Numbered from the stretch's first letter, positions 12,188 through 26,398 are shown. The stretch is DNA of 64,000 nt from Mytilus californianus (GCF_021869535.1 NW_026262745.1:85808001-85872000); one strand, 5' to 3'. The notes: generated by a model not told the origin, from the sequence alone. Numbers and translations: made by a program.

Positions 12188-12231
12188 GCACCAGATGCGC
12201 TTTTCGACAATTAATGGCTCTTCAGTAATGT
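12188..12231 (-). ncRNA. Type I hammerhead ribozyme relic
   Basis: Minus strand: ACATTA CTGAAGA GCCATTAATTGTC GAAA AGCGCA TC TGGTGC. Core boxes intact; mismatches in stems I, II and III. Confidence 0.6.
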
Positions 12232-13698
12232 TCAAGGTCAATATATTTTGAAAATCAAAAATCTAATACAAACGTTATGTAAGAGAGTCGATAAAAACGG
12301 AAACGAACTCAAGCATACCCAAATCAGGACAAAGAATCAGAAAATCATTTGACAAACAACGTACGATAAAAAATAAAGTAAGTCATGAACATTTCAGTGT
12401 AACTCACGATCGATTTTTGTCGTAAGATTTTTTATAAAAAGATTTTCTGGGCTTTTCATGAGGGAGATATAAGGGTTACACATGGAAAATGTGGATATGT
12501 TAGATGGGAAAGATGATTACAGACAGAAATAAGGAATATAAATATCATTTAACATGTTTAATGTCAATATTATCTTATTATTTAAGAAGGAACCTTAAGG
12601 AAAAGTAATGAATTCTTCATAGAAATGTAAGAGAAGAGGGGAGCAGGTCAGTCTGATTAAAATTCAGACCTATATTAACTCGCGTGCTCGTACATAACGA
12701 AATTAGAGACTTTATTTCCATTAGATTGGGAGCAGGTCTCACTAGTTATGAATCAAATACATTTACTTCCTTTGCTGCAAGGCATCCGACATTGTTTAAA
12801 ACAATTTTTTTTTTCTATTTTAGTTCCATCTGTTTAACCTCATGACATAACATACACATTTTTAACCTAAATCATGTTTATGTGACACAGATAATACACT
12901 ACACACACCTTTTATGTCCAAAACTTGTTAAAGTTGACAATAACACATGTTTTATTGTAAGGCTGATGACATAAAAACATTAAAAGTTAATACTACCTTA
13001 CACAATAAACCAAATATATGATGAGAATAGCACGTTGGAAACAATTGTCGCTGTAAATCATACCACCCTGACACTACGATATAAACTATATATATGACAT
13101 TATAAGAATTGGAAAACAAAGAGGTATATACGTTTAATGTCTTTAGATTGGTATTTCTTACACTGAAGGGTCAAAATCGGAACATTGGTGAAAGCCTATG
13201 AAACCATTTTCGTTTTTGTGTACTATATGCGAATTTCGACAAATAAATGACCCCCCAGTGGTCCTCGTGTCCCAACAAATTAGAAATTCAAAGCCAAATA
13301 CAAACGTTTGCATGAGCAAATATAACTGAAAAGGACCATACAACTAGCCCGACCTGGTGTTAGGGACTGTAGCGGTCGGGGATAGATTTTGATCCGTGTG
13401 GAAGGCATATGAGATGGTTAACAACAGTAAAAGTAACACTCCGTTTCTTTTAGCTTTCTCAAGTGTATATTGACAAATGATTCGTTTCACAAACGTATGT
13501 CCCTTATCCTTTGTTTGAAATATTTGTCACTGAACTTTCAACTAGCAGCAAATCAATCCAACTTTTAAACCGTGTATTGGTAAAGTCTTGCAGAAAAACG
13601 TTTATGATTTGATAACTTGGATGTATAAAACAAAAGATGTAAAAATGTATATGTTTTCATCACACATAAGTTTGTAAAGTAATACCACTTAAAGAAGT

Positions 13699-13928
13699 AT
13701 AAAATTGAGAATGGAAATGGGGAATGTGTCAAAGAGACAACAACCCGACCATAGAGCAGACAACAGCCGAAGGCCACCAATGGGTCTTCAATGCAGCGAG
13801 AAACTTCCGCACCCGGAGGCGTCCTTCAGCTGGCTCCTAAACAAATATGTATACTAGTTCAGTGATAATGGACGTCATACTAAACTCCAAATTATACACA
13901 AGAAACTAAAAATAAAAATGATGCAAGA
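13699..13928 (-). mobile_element. 5'-truncated copy of PLE family A 3' region
   Basis: Reverse complement matches ~9800-10026. Confidence 0.85.
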
Positions 13929-14188
13929 TGATGATGAATATATAGATTAGCTTTCTCTTAAACAATACCTATTTAAATATAAATTTCCGTTTAAGAACCA
14001 ATCACCATAGACTGCAGAAAAAACAATTAGTGAATATTATAAGGCAGTGTTTAATATTGCATAGAATGTCCCGAATATGCATGAAATATTTGCAACTATA
14101 CGTTTAAGCAGAGACATATAATACATAATAATTGTATTATATGTCTCTGGTTTAGGCAACAAGAAACAATCAACCAATTGTATAATAT

Positions 14189-14823
14189 AAAATCAAAAGT
14201 CAAAAGTCAAAGATTTTATTGATATAAAATCCAAAATCTGGATTGTAATCAACACACAGACAAAGAACAAACATTAATCATTATAATCAATAATATAACA
14301 ATACAGAACAGAAAAAAAAAGAAAAAAAAAGCTATATATATATATACGGCTGAAAATGCACCAAATATTTATATTCAATATGAATATTCACATTTTGTCT
14401 ATTACAACAACAAATTGTTCAAAAATGTTCTCCATGTATATATAATGAGAATTTTTATTTTTCCCTTCTATCTATTTGACTGAGGAGGTACAGTTTTAGA
14501 TACTAGAAATACAATTTATATAATATATAACATAAAATAACTTAAGTTAGTGAACGTCTGAACTTGTACATCTCATTAGTACCTTTAATGCAACATTTAC
14601 TGACATCATAATCATTACTTCGAAATATAAAATAGAATTTTTCAATGTCTGAAAGATTATTGAAAGATGGTAAAATATCTGAAATATTCAGAAAAAAAAT
14701 ATACATCAAATCATTGAGTTTGGTACATTTTATGGTAAAGTGTAATTCATCTTCAACTTCAAATTTACAAAGGGGGCATAATCTGTTTTCTAAATCAATC
14801 TTTTTTAATATAATGAAGAGCAA
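14189..14823 (-). mobile_element. 3' end of a non-LTR retrotransposon (CR1/L2-like), 5'-truncated
   Basis: ENRLCPLCKFEVEDELHFTIKC is a C-terminal CCHC motif; stop at 14542; then AATAAA and a (TTTGAC)n tail at 14189-14220. Confidence 0.8.
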
Positions 14824-15778
14824 TCAAAATCGTCAAAGTTGATATAAAAAGGGAGTCCAGATATTATAGACTTTATGTATACACTATTCCATATATATTC
14901 ATAAATCATGTTATTATATTAAAATTAAGGGGGGGGGATGGATGGTCTAGTAAGGCCAATTTGGTATTTTAATACCCTCAAATGACTATTTTGACTTTCG
15001 GAACCTTTAGTCTCCAGTGTATCTGATGAAAATTCAAGAAACACGTGTCGTTCGAATGAAAGCCTGCATCAATCGTGTTTAAGTAGTACGCTAGAATACT
15101 TTAAGGTTTGAGCTGTGATAATGACTTCCTTATATCAGCAGTGTAAAAGGTCAACAGAAGCGAAATAGTTGTACTAGTTGAACTACGTCTCAATACTTGG
15201 AAATGTCCATATGTAGTTTACCGATTGGCACTTAAAACGTGTTATGTTTTAGAAGTTTATACGTGTATTCATCGCCTGTTTCTTTATTGGAATTGATAAG
15301 AAACTACCTATAACTAATACCATGCAGGATAATTAATATATTATAATAGCTCAAGGGAAATATTGTCATGTACAAAAGTATGATTTTTGTTTATTGTGTT
15401 TTTTAAAGACTCGTTTAGAACTTTTTTCATGTGTTGCATGTTTCTTATGTACACGTGATATTTGCATTTTAACCCGTCATGGTTTTACTTTTTGCAATAA
15501 GTAAGTTTTTTTAAGTTTTAAAAATGATTAAAAAAAAAACGAAACTAACGCTTAGTGTAACAATTGACGTATCAAATAAAAAAACAACATTGCGAAATAT
15601 TAATGAATATAACATCATATAAATACCAAAAACACAGAAATACATTTTTTAATGAATGCATAGAAAAGTATTTTTATTTTGATAATAAAGTCTACATGAA
15701 CAAAGTTAGTAAGTGAACGCTGATTCATTCTTTGATATGATGAACACTCTTTTTGACAACATTTTTTGCTGTAAAAGT

Positions 15779-15799
15779 CCCCCCCCCCCCCCCCCCCCC
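15779..15799. repeat. Poly-C (21)
   Basis: Direct reading; a C15 run also occurs at 23611-23625. Confidence 0.95.
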
Positions 15800-17820
15800 A
15801 TAAAAAAATATTTTCAAAATCGATGGTTACATTGAAAAAAGTTTTTCAAGTAAATGCAGTAACGCACGTAATTGTACCTAATTAAAACTTTAAACTACGC
15901 AGTGTTAAATATGACAAAAATATTTTTCATTTCAACAATTATTTGGGATACATTATCGATTCATTTATCATTATTGCCCATAAATTTCAATTACAACGAT
16001 TTTTGGACATAAATTTCAATCATAACAATTTTTGCACATAAATTTCAATCAACATGACATCGATCCACTTAAAAACCAATCAAATGACGTCTTCATATTA
16101 TGTCAATTTCAACTTAGTAACAGATTTTTACCTTTTTAAATAATTATGTGGTTTTTCGATTGTTAAGTTAACTGTACAAATGACAAGTGAAGAAGAATTA
16201 TTACCTGTCATCTCACCTGATACAGGTAAAAGTTGGTACAGTATCGCTGCACTTTTTCTACTGTAATTGGAAGAGTCAAAAAGGTAAGTTGCAAAAAGTT
16301 CTAATTAATTTTATATCTTCATTGTGGTCAAACTACTGACCTCAAAACGATGACAAATTGTATAAAAATACAAATAAAAAAGAAATAAAATGCATCGCTT
16401 TTCATACTTCAAAAGAAGAACAAGAAAAGATCAAACCCTCATCAGTCTAAATATTTTTTTGTGCGTTTAAAAGCAATAAAACTAAAAAGAAATTTGTTTT
16501 ATTACAGATTTTTAAAATCATTTTTAATTTATTTAATTTTTACAATTTTAAAAGTAGAATACACAACTGAAATGTTCCGTTGATTCTCGTTTTTCCGAAA
16601 TAAGAAAAAAAAAATTACGAGAAATTTAAAACAAATACATTTACGAAATTATATACCGTCAAATAAAATTAATATGAATGATTTGAAAAGTGCAATGGAA
16701 ATTTCGTTTTGTTTTGAAAATGGTATATGCATTTAAACAATGATAATTATTTTAAATCATATGTTTAAGTTTATATAAAGAATTAAAAGTGCAACCTATG
16801 CAAAATATCGTAAAATAGAATGAATAGCAGGTATAAAATTATGTTTGAATACTTCATTAGATTTTTGAACATGCATGAACGTTTTGAAGTTTATGTCAGT
16901 TAGTCATAAAACATCACCTTTACTGTTGCTTTAGTAACAAAAGGTAAATCTGACATGATCGGACAATTTTGGATGGCTGAAAAATGATTTTGGGTTTAGA
17001 TCAGCACTAAAAATAGATACAGAGGAAATGTCTCACGATCCCTATTCAAATTCAAATGAATTAGTAACACGATTTCCGATTTAGAAGTTAAAGGGAAAGT
17101 TTGATAATCTACCAACACGAGTTTGCGTCAATTGTCTAGCTAAGATTTTGGTTTTGTTTTTTTTATGTATTATTTACTTGTATTTATAAAAAGCCACATA
17201 CCATGCAGATGCTGAATATAATAAGCTTGGCTATCATAAACTTTGTTTAGGCTATATATTCTGTTTTGTACCTGAATGCAAGAATCTGTAAGTTACCCAT
17301 CACTTTTATGCATTTTCTTAATATAAAAAGAATTGTTTAAACTAAACTAAAGAATTGTTTGATGCTATATTTTTACAGTCGAGGCGTATTACATATATAC
17401 ATTTAGTATACGTAGCCAGGTGAAATTAATATGTTTAATTTTTTCACTGACATTAGAAAAAAATATACTTTATTTAATTGTCTAGGACTTTAGGTGTAGG
17501 GCCCACAGTGGGTTGCATACCCTAAATTCGCACCAATTTTGACTAAGAAAGTGAATTTGAAATAAAACTTTTATTTTTACAGATTATCGTTTTAAGACAA
17601 CTGGTCTACTTAGAATATACTCTTTAAAGTAGGAGAAAACTTTTTTGTATTTGCAAATATACCTTCACTTGCAATTGGAAAATTACCAAAACACGAGCTG
17701 ATTGTAAGACAGTCAAAGTATTACGGAATGTTTTGTACCATGGAGAAACAGGGTATATTTTGCGAAAAAGGGAAATAAACAATAAAAGAAAAAAACAACA
17801 GAAAATCACACCTAACTCAT

Positions 17821-18028
17821 GAGGATGTGGATGGGGGTTTACAGAATAGAGAATAATGGGCAAAAAATATAAAGAATAGACAAATGGACTAAAAAATAAA
17901 GAATAGAGAATAATGAGGTGCTAAAATATAAAGAATAGAGAATAATGGGCAAAAAGTATAAAGAATAGAGAAAAATGGCCGAAAAAATTAAAGAACACAG
18001 AATTCAAGGACCCCCCATCAAGACCCTC
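17821..18028. mobile_element. MITE family B
   Basis: GAGGATGTGGATGGGG ... CCCCATCAAGACCCTC; AAAGAATAGAGAATAATG subrepeats. Confidence 0.8.
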
Positions 18029-18158
18029 ACTATTCCGCAATTTTCTGATTTTATTGTTGCTTGCTTAACGTCCGGTGTCCTATTTTAAAATAGTCTCCAA
18101 ATGTTCCTAATACAACTAAGACTTACATTTAACAAAACAATAGTTATGATATGCATTT

Positions 18159-18440
18159 GTCAGGAGTCTGTAGTTCAGTGGTTGTCGTTGGTTCATATTT
18201 GTTTTTCGTAAATTGTTGTGTTATGAATGAGGCCGTTAGTTTTCTTATTTGAATTGTTTCATATTTTTCATGTCCGGGATTTTTATGACCGACTATAAGG
18301 TATGGGGTTTTCTCATTGTTGGAGGCCGTACAGTTGCCTATAGTTGCTTACATCTGCTTCATTTGAACTTTGGTGGATATTTGTCTCATCGCATCACTCA
18401 CTACTACATAATCATACCACATCTCCTTATTTTTATATAT
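18159..18440 (+). mobile_element. Family F copy, 5'-truncated
   Basis: GTCAGGAGTCTGTAGTTCAGTGG...CATACCACATCTCCTTATTTTTATAT. Confidence 0.75.
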
Positions 18441-20394
18441 ATATATTTCATTCAAACTAAAAGGTTACTACTCCATCTGGCAAATGTGATCTCTGCTTAA
18501 TTAAGCTAGCTCTCTTTTGATTTGATGCTCAAAAGGTACAATGCATTTGGTTCACCAATCCTTTCGTCTCACATTTTGAAAGTATGACCAGAAACACGTG
18601 CCGGATGTACTTAGATCGATATCGGAAAAAATATAAATGATGTTAGCTGTTTATTTTGTAACCTACATGAGCTATCAGTGTACTTGCATGGTGATAAAAC
18701 GCCTTCATGTTGTCATTAATCTTAACCATTTAACAGTCTTCACCTAGGTCGGTCATAGTCAGGGTAAAATGTGCACCACCCATGTTTTACTTTTGAATTT
18801 TGTGTATTTTATTTTCGGCTACGCCTCGGTGTGTATATCTTACATAATTTTTACCGTATAACAAACTCTTTACCAACGGTGTCTATTATTTATCACGGTA
18901 AAATGCACTTCAATAGTGCAATACCCCATTTTGTACCTCTGAACAATTATCCCGTGTTGTCTCGGCTTGATGCATTACATAACATTTTTATATAAATAGA
19001 TCAAAAAATAAAATTTGATTGATGCAGCTGCAAAAAGCAGGTTTATAAATCACTATAAAAGATAAGGACATATATTTCCATTTTAACATATTTTACCTCA
19101 TGTTAACGACATGTAATTAGGTTAGCAATAAACCAGCTAGTATATGTTAGCTTATTCTATCTTCGAATATTTTGTGCGCTTTTCTGATTATCAGTTTAAG
19201 TTTTAAGCATCTAGCTACATGTATGTTCAAATTGTCTATCAAAAAAGTTAATTATAAACACAACAAAATTTAGGATTAGCAACAACAATTTGTGTATATC
19301 TTCTTGTCGATTTCATTTGTTAACTATGCAAATAATTAATTATTCCCTCTCATCAAAATACCAAACACGTGAACAGCAATTATAGTATTCAGAAAAAAAT
19401 AAGTAAAAAAAATAAAATAAAAAAGAGAAAAAAAACTCCTTAAAAATCGTATCAAATGCTGACGTTGTGTGCAGTCTTTACATTGCTGGAGTAAAATTTG
19501 ACTGTAGGTAAAAGAATGATTTCAAAGAGCTTTGGAGATGACACAATCGCAATATATAAGAGAAAACATCTCGTTCAATGCGAACCAAGTGTCGACTAAA
19601 GCAGTATACCTTTTTTATCAATACGTTAGACTTAATAAGCTGGTGAGGCCTTCCTACATATATCGGCATTCGTTGTCCGACAACGCGTTACTATCATTAT
19701 AACAATAGACATTCAGACAATCGCATGATACTGTCTAGATACTCGATTATTCAAATTCGAGTTAAAGCTGGTGTCATAGCAACTAGCTACTTGGAGCTGT
19801 CTCTGTTTTGTAACAAATGCATATTTTTATATTTAATGGATACCATATTTTAAAGACAACAGCGAATACAATTATAATGGGTGCGTTATAGAATATTACT
19901 TATAAACAGAGTTCCTCTATTGTTTATCAATCAAACAGGGGGATCATTAACTTGAAAAACCAACACAGCAAAGGGGAACACGACCGATCGAGAGATGATT
20001 GACGAAATTAACCCCTATGAACCATGATAACGTTTTATCCAATAAAGTCAATTTTCACCAGTTTGAAGAGGTAATCTATGTTGTTGATCTATATTTGTAT
20101 TACATTGTTTTTTTCTTCTAGTGATCATACAAGAAGTTACAACAAAAAAAATTATTTTCTAATGTTCATGTAAGAAGATATGGTTATTTTGATAAGGTGA
20201 TCAGATGTAACTAACCACGACAGACGTCATGTCATGACTTTGATCCTTTATTGTGCTCAGGCGCAGTTTGTGGTTTCTTGATTTAGACGTAGAATGTATG
20301 TTAAAAACGATAAACAAAGATGGAAACAAACCAGTAAATTACCCTATGGTCTAGATTAGTTTTACCCTTTTAAGTTCTTGATGACGAAGTGTAC

Positions 20395-20620
20395 GAGGGT
20401 CTGAATGGGTACAGGGGGTCCTATATTTCTGTATTCTTTAATTGTTTGGGCCATTTTTCTCTAATTTTTTTTTATACTTTTTGCCCATTATTCTCATTTC
20501 TCTATATTTAAGCCCCTCATTATTCTCTTTTCTTTATTTCTTGGTCCATGATTTTTCTCTATTTTTTTATACTTTTTGCCCATTATCATCTCTATTCTGT
20601 AAACCTCTACCCACACCCTC
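20395..20620. mobile_element. MITE family B
   Basis: GAGGGTCTGAATGGG ... CTACCCACACCCTC with the same subrepeats. Confidence 0.8.
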
Positions 20621-22034
20621 ATGCATTGCATCACCACAAGATGATTCAAAATCGCATAAAAAATTAACTGTTGACACAGAGATATGTCTCGCCTGTTCGT
20701 AATTTTGTTAGGCAAATGTTGAGATTTATTGGATTTTATGGGCAATGACGGAGGGGCGGGACCAAATAACATCCATGGAAATCGGATGTGAAACTGCTAA
20801 ATCAACTACATCCCAAATATCGTTGACTTATTATAAGTGGTTTCCTTTAAAAAGACATAATTACAAACGTTAACAATTATTGACGCCGCCGACCCTGGAA
20901 ACAACACGCCTAAGTCTCGCATCCGGGACTTTGTCGAGGCGAGACAAAAAATGCAAATAATTAATCCTAATTGATAAGGATTAGAATTACGTATTACTGG
21001 GCTGTTGGCTAATGTCACGCACATAAGGTTTCGAGACAACGTGCGCAAGGATTGGATGACTAAACTCCTGTGTTCCGAGTTCCTACTGTGTTCCGAGTTA
21101 AATCGGAATAGATATTTACATGTATATTTCAAATTATTTTAGGTTCAATATTTGTACTAAAATCAACAAAAAATGAATGTAAGTAAAGTATATATCAAGT
21201 GTTTATACTGATAGCATCTACATGTGTGTAGTCTCGTATCTCAAGATGTGCTTCAGCGAACACCATGTCCGTAAAAAGTACTTTGTGGTTTGTGTAATTA
21301 TCGTACGTTAAATGTCGAAAATAATATAAAACATAAGTTTTAACCACAAAACGCAAGTCGTCTGAACTATCGTTTAATCTTAATATAAAAAACACAAAAA
21401 GAGACTGACAAGCTATAAAAAGAATTAAACACTAGGTTAAGTGCTTAATTTGTGCACTTACCATACTACATATGTTCATGGAACATTAGATTTAACATAG
21501 AATTTTATGTTAAAAACTTGACCTTTTTGTTTGCGTAGGATTACACTTCCTTTCATCATTTGTGAAATGTTAAGACCCATTCATTCGCACTGATGGATAC
21601 AGAAGGAAATCTGCAGTAGATTTACTAACGCACCATTTGACTATTAAATATTTGCTGACTCCACGTATTAAAATTACACAGACAATATAGGTTCTACTAT
21701 AAAATCTCCCGCCTAAGTAACTCAAGTAAAGTCGAATAAAAAAAAACCGAAAGAAACGAAAAAACAAACAAACCCCAAAACATAACAATATCAAAGGGTC
21801 GGGTCATACTATTTATAAATAGAAGAAGGAAAGAAAACAACATGAGAAAAAAAAAAAAAAAAAAAACGACCAACAAAACATAACACTGACAAATATACAT
21901 CGAGCAACACGAACACCGCTAACAGCCATTCAAATAAACTTTCGAAATGGTCTAACTTGTTTAAATAATGGAAAAATGATCCCAGTTTTATTTATAAGGA
22001 GTTAACTTGTTATAATTTTTTTAAATACGGACGT

Positions 22035-22244
22035 AAAAAAGCCAGAAGCGCAGACACTTCTTATGCGCCAGACCTTCATTTCATTCGACATTTGAGATCC
22101 TCTGACCACACTAAGGCAGATCTCAAGCGACTGTCTGTTGCCATCATTGACCTCAACACTGCTTGGTCTAGGGAGGAGAGAATCATTCGGGAAAGATTTC
22201 GGATAAGGAAATTAAAAAGTTTGGCGCCAAATTGGATCAATTAA
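22035..22244 (+). pseudogene. GIY-YIG endonuclease C-terminal fragment of a Penelope-like element
   Basis: ...PDLHFIRHLRSSDHTKADLKRLSVAIID...REERIIRERFRIRKLKSLAPNWIN* resembles the PLE endonuclease end RE..WI..L.TL.P.G.N (recalled). Confidence 0.65.
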
Positions 22245-22347
22245 AAGATTAGTTCAAATGGCACAGGGCTAACCTCAGCAGCTGGGTGTGTTACTTTCAA
22301 CTTGAATGCATATATACGCAGTATCCATTATAAAATACTTAATTCTT

Positions 22348-22889
22348 AATTTGCATGAACTTTGAGACTCTAGAATTATTCAAGCGTGGTTCGGTTTTTT
22401 ATTTGTATGACGTTCAAGATTGTTTTAGGAAAATCAGCATAGATTGATAAGATTCAATTTACATCATACTGATAAAAAATATCCGAAATATTTCTTGATA
22501 CTTGTATCGTCTATATTATTGTCAACAATCTCTTTTACGAGGGCGTTGGATCGTTATGATATATATATATAATAATATAAACCGTCTAGATAATTAAACT
22601 ATCTTGCTTACGAGGTCGTTGGATCGTTATGACAAACGAAACTGTACATAATAAATTTGATCAGGGACAGTCTATACTAACTTAGTATATAAGCATAAAA
22701 AGTGAATAAAACAACACAAAAATAAAAAAAAAAAAGAAACGGTGAATACAAGTATCAACAATTATTTCGGATAACACATACCCTTCATCACTAAGATGCT
22801 GATTTTCCTAAAACAATCTTGAACGTAATACAAATTAAAAAACCGAACCACGCTTATATAGTTATAAAATCTCAAAGTTCACGCAAATT
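22348..22889. mobile_element. Foldback element with long (~150 bp) TIRs
   Basis: First ~93 bp of the arms nearly identical (AATTTGC.TGAACTTTGAGA...CAAGATTGTTTTAGGAAAATCAGCAT). The spacer has a 24-bp direct repeat. Confidence 0.85.
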
Positions 22890-23162
22890 TATAAATACAT
22901 ATGATATGTTACGAAAAAAAACCCCTCCGATGATTAACTTTGGTATAGAAATACAGTCACAATGACCACTTATAATTCCGACAGGTACACCTGTACTTGG
23001 AGGAGTCTGGTTTACGGTGCAGGATGTATAACTGTGCATAAAGACCGGTCTGAATGTGTGTCAATAGAACCACAATATTTCATGTAAAAAAAACTTACAG
23101 TTAATCCTTGTGGCGTCCAGTGTCCTATTGGGTGGCAGTATTTCACCATTTATCCATGTGTA

Positions 23163-23496
23163 TTCTACATTGGCTAGACGTAAAAGGGGAGGGTTGAGAT
23201 CTCACAAAACATGTTTAACCCCGCCGCATTTTTGCGCCTGTCCCAAGTCAAGAACCTCTGGCCTTTGTTAGTCGTGTATGCTTTTTTTATTTTGTTCATT
23301 TATGTGTTTCGGAGTTTTGTGTGACGTCCATTTTCGCTGAACTAGCATACGTTATTGTTTAGGGGCCAGCTGAAGCCCGCCTCCGGGTGAGGGATTTCTC
23401 TGTGTTGAGGACCCATTGGTGGCCTTGGGATGTTTTCTGCTCTTTGGTCGGGTTGTTGTCTCTTTGACGCATTCCCCGTTTCCATCCTCAATTTTA
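23163..23496 (+). mobile_element. 5'-truncated PLE family A copy including the complete twister-like element
   Basis: Collinear with 9690-10026. Confidence 0.85.
23174..23261 (+). ncRNA. Type-P5 twister-like element (family A), core GA-GGG and T-AA intact
   Basis: Predicted cleavage 23216/23217; single mismatches in P2 end, P4 and P5. Confidence 0.7.
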
Positions 23497-24284
23497 CCGT
23501 CTTTAATGACACTCTCAATATCCTGAATTTTAACAAGGTTTACTCACCACATAGAACATAGTTACGTTATTGATTTATTGTTTGATTTGTTCTCCTTTGT
23601 CACTGGACTACCCCCCCCCCCCCCCTAAAAAAAACAACAAAAAAACATCAAAAAAAAAGAATAAATAAATAATAACAACGAAATCGTTATGACTTAACTA
23701 TTAAAACGAGACACCCTTTTTAGTAGCTAAGTTCCTAGCGTTCTGTTGGATATTTTTCTCTCTCTAAAATTAACGGTTTCATTCATGAATTGCAAAGTAG
23801 TTTATAGGCTTCAGATTTATTTTGACCTTGCAATACTCATCTACTTTATGAAATATTTCTACAAGGTTATAACCACAGTTCAATCAACATTGTTATTAAG
23901 GTTCTATATTCATATATCTTTAACTTTATGTCCCTTCTACAACTAATCATTTATGTTAAATGTTTTCATGTCAGCATTTTATCACCATTACCTGTATAAG
24001 GTGGTAGACTATTTCAATCTGAAAGTAAATCTAGTGCAATAAAGTTGCTGAAGTTTTTGTTTTTTATTTGCAACAAATTAAAACGGATATCTACCACAAA
24101 CCTCCTTTGAACGGAGTAATTTAATAACAATATGCTGATTTAGAAATTGTTGCTTATTTGCAACAAATTACTTGTCATAAAGTTACGTTTATTGAAATTT
24201 TGGAAGGGGTCATGGAACATAATTAATATTGATAACAAGACTTATTCGATTGATTTAAAGTGCAATTTGTATAAACGTTTATTA

Positions 24285-24545
24285 ATATAAAAATAAGGAG
24301 ATGTGGTATGATTGCCAATGAGACAACTATCCACCAAAGTTCAAATGAAGTGGATGTAAGCAATTATAGGCAACCGTACGGTCTTCAACAATGAGAAAAA
24401 CCCATACCGTATGGTCGGATATAAAAGGCCCCTATATGAAAAATATGAAACAATTCCATTGAAAAAACTAACGGCCTAATTTATAACAAAGCAATTTACG
24501 AAAAACAAATATGACAGACATGAACCAATGACAACCACTGAATTA
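24285..24545 (-). mobile_element. Family F copy, 5'-truncated
   Basis: Reverse complement of the family F 3' half. Confidence 0.75.
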
Positions 24546-26188
24546 AGTTTGCTCGCTGCTGTACTTGCCGAAATCTGATTTTTTTAAATTCCATTGTATG
24601 AAAAACATTGATTTTGACAAAAGTGCGATTTTATGGTGGATTAGTTTTCTAAACCGAACTCAGTAACATATATCGCCAACTGTTACTTTCTATAGGTATG
24701 AATCGCCGTTCTATATCGGTGCACTCCTACATAGTAGGATGGTTAATGCGCTATATACAAATATACACCCGTACCCACTAAAAGCTCAACATATTGCTAC
24801 ATAATGTTTCTTTAATATTCAATAATCTGTGTTTACCATTTATAGATGATCCTTTATCCCAACATAAACAGTTTTCGAGATCCTATAAAACTATTTTGAT
24901 GGGGGTTAAAAGTTTTAATATTGCATTTATGTGCTAGTTTCATGTTCTCCCATCATTAAAACGTCTCAGTGGACACTGTTACAAATTACGAAACACTAAA
25001 TGTATCGTATGTTTAAACGTTTATGTGACATTTATTAACTAAGTGTCGTGCGCATTGAAATCGGTGTCAAACATTAACATTATCACATACATTGCTAATT
25101 TGTCAACAGGCGCGAAAAGGAAAAGTGGGATATGAGAATGTTCATAAAAAATTGCGATGCAACCTTTGTGTTCCCTTTGCTCCATCAGATGAGCAGGTAC
25201 CGAACATTTATCTTTTGTTGACGGGATGTATTTTTTCTCGGGAAATTACCCATAGGCCTTTAGATTTAAAGCGCTTTAATTTTTTCTTTCATTTTGAATC
25301 AGATTAGATCATTTAAATTACTGTGTTTTTTTTGAATGAATGAAAAACAAAGGATCAAACTCTTTTTTGAAAATCGACTGGATAAATGATAAGGACAAGA
25401 TTATCAACCACAAATCAAATATACATTCCAAACCAAATTCCAAACTAAAACGTTTCCCTTAGGCAGTGCGATTCAAAATATATCATGTCAGCATTTCGCC
25501 ATGATTATCCTTTCCTATATTTCATCAAGAAATATGAGGTGATTATCTCAAACAAATATGAATTGTGATGTAAACTTTGACCAACTGATATATACAAACA
25601 CAGCTTTTGTACATGTTGTAATTATACAACAAACAACAATCTGTTGCGCGGTGCAATAAGATTAATATTATGCATAGTGATTCAAACAACTGCACAATGT
25701 ACATAATTCTGAAAGAAAGAAAATACAAGTTGAATCATCATAAGTATTGTCATAATAAATATTTTAGATTATGAAAGACTATCTTAAATTTGAAAACTTT
25801 TCAGTTCAGCGGGGACAGGGTTAAGCTGATTTGTCTTATTTTGCATATCCAATTGTATGTAAAAGTATGTATCGAATTTATCTTATAAATTTATGCACAA
25901 CCGAGAAATAATTCATTCTTTCATAATACAGAGCGGAATTTGTAATGTCAATGGCACACAAGAACTAACAGATTGAATAATAATTCAGATCTGTATGTCT
26001 TTATCGAATCGATATTTAATACATGTATGAATGTTAGCCTCCATATGACTAATAAAGTCAAAACTGTATGCAACCCATGCATTTTCTACTTTCAATGAAA
26101 AGTATTCAGACAGAACATTTTGCGGTTTCGAATGATGCAAATAGATAGTTTAATTGAATGTTTAGCCGGTAATTGTTTCATTATATTA

Positions 26189-26398
26189 AGAGGGGCGTAA
26201 AGGGGGGTGGGGGTATCTACACGGAAGAACGCGAAATAAAATTGCCATTTCACGATGAACGAACAATTAAAAATTTCTTGCACGTTGATCTTTTTACCGA
26301 TTTCACGAAACACGGCGAATAACGAACCTTTTTCACGGCTGCACGTGAAATAAAAATGGCAAAACACGTTGCACGAAAATAACCCTTTACTACCCTCT
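26189..26398. mobile_element. 210-bp MITE
   Basis: TIR AGAGGGGCGTAAAGGG vs AGAGGGTAGTAAAGGG (14/16); ATTA on both flanks; internal CACG repeats. Confidence 0.75.
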
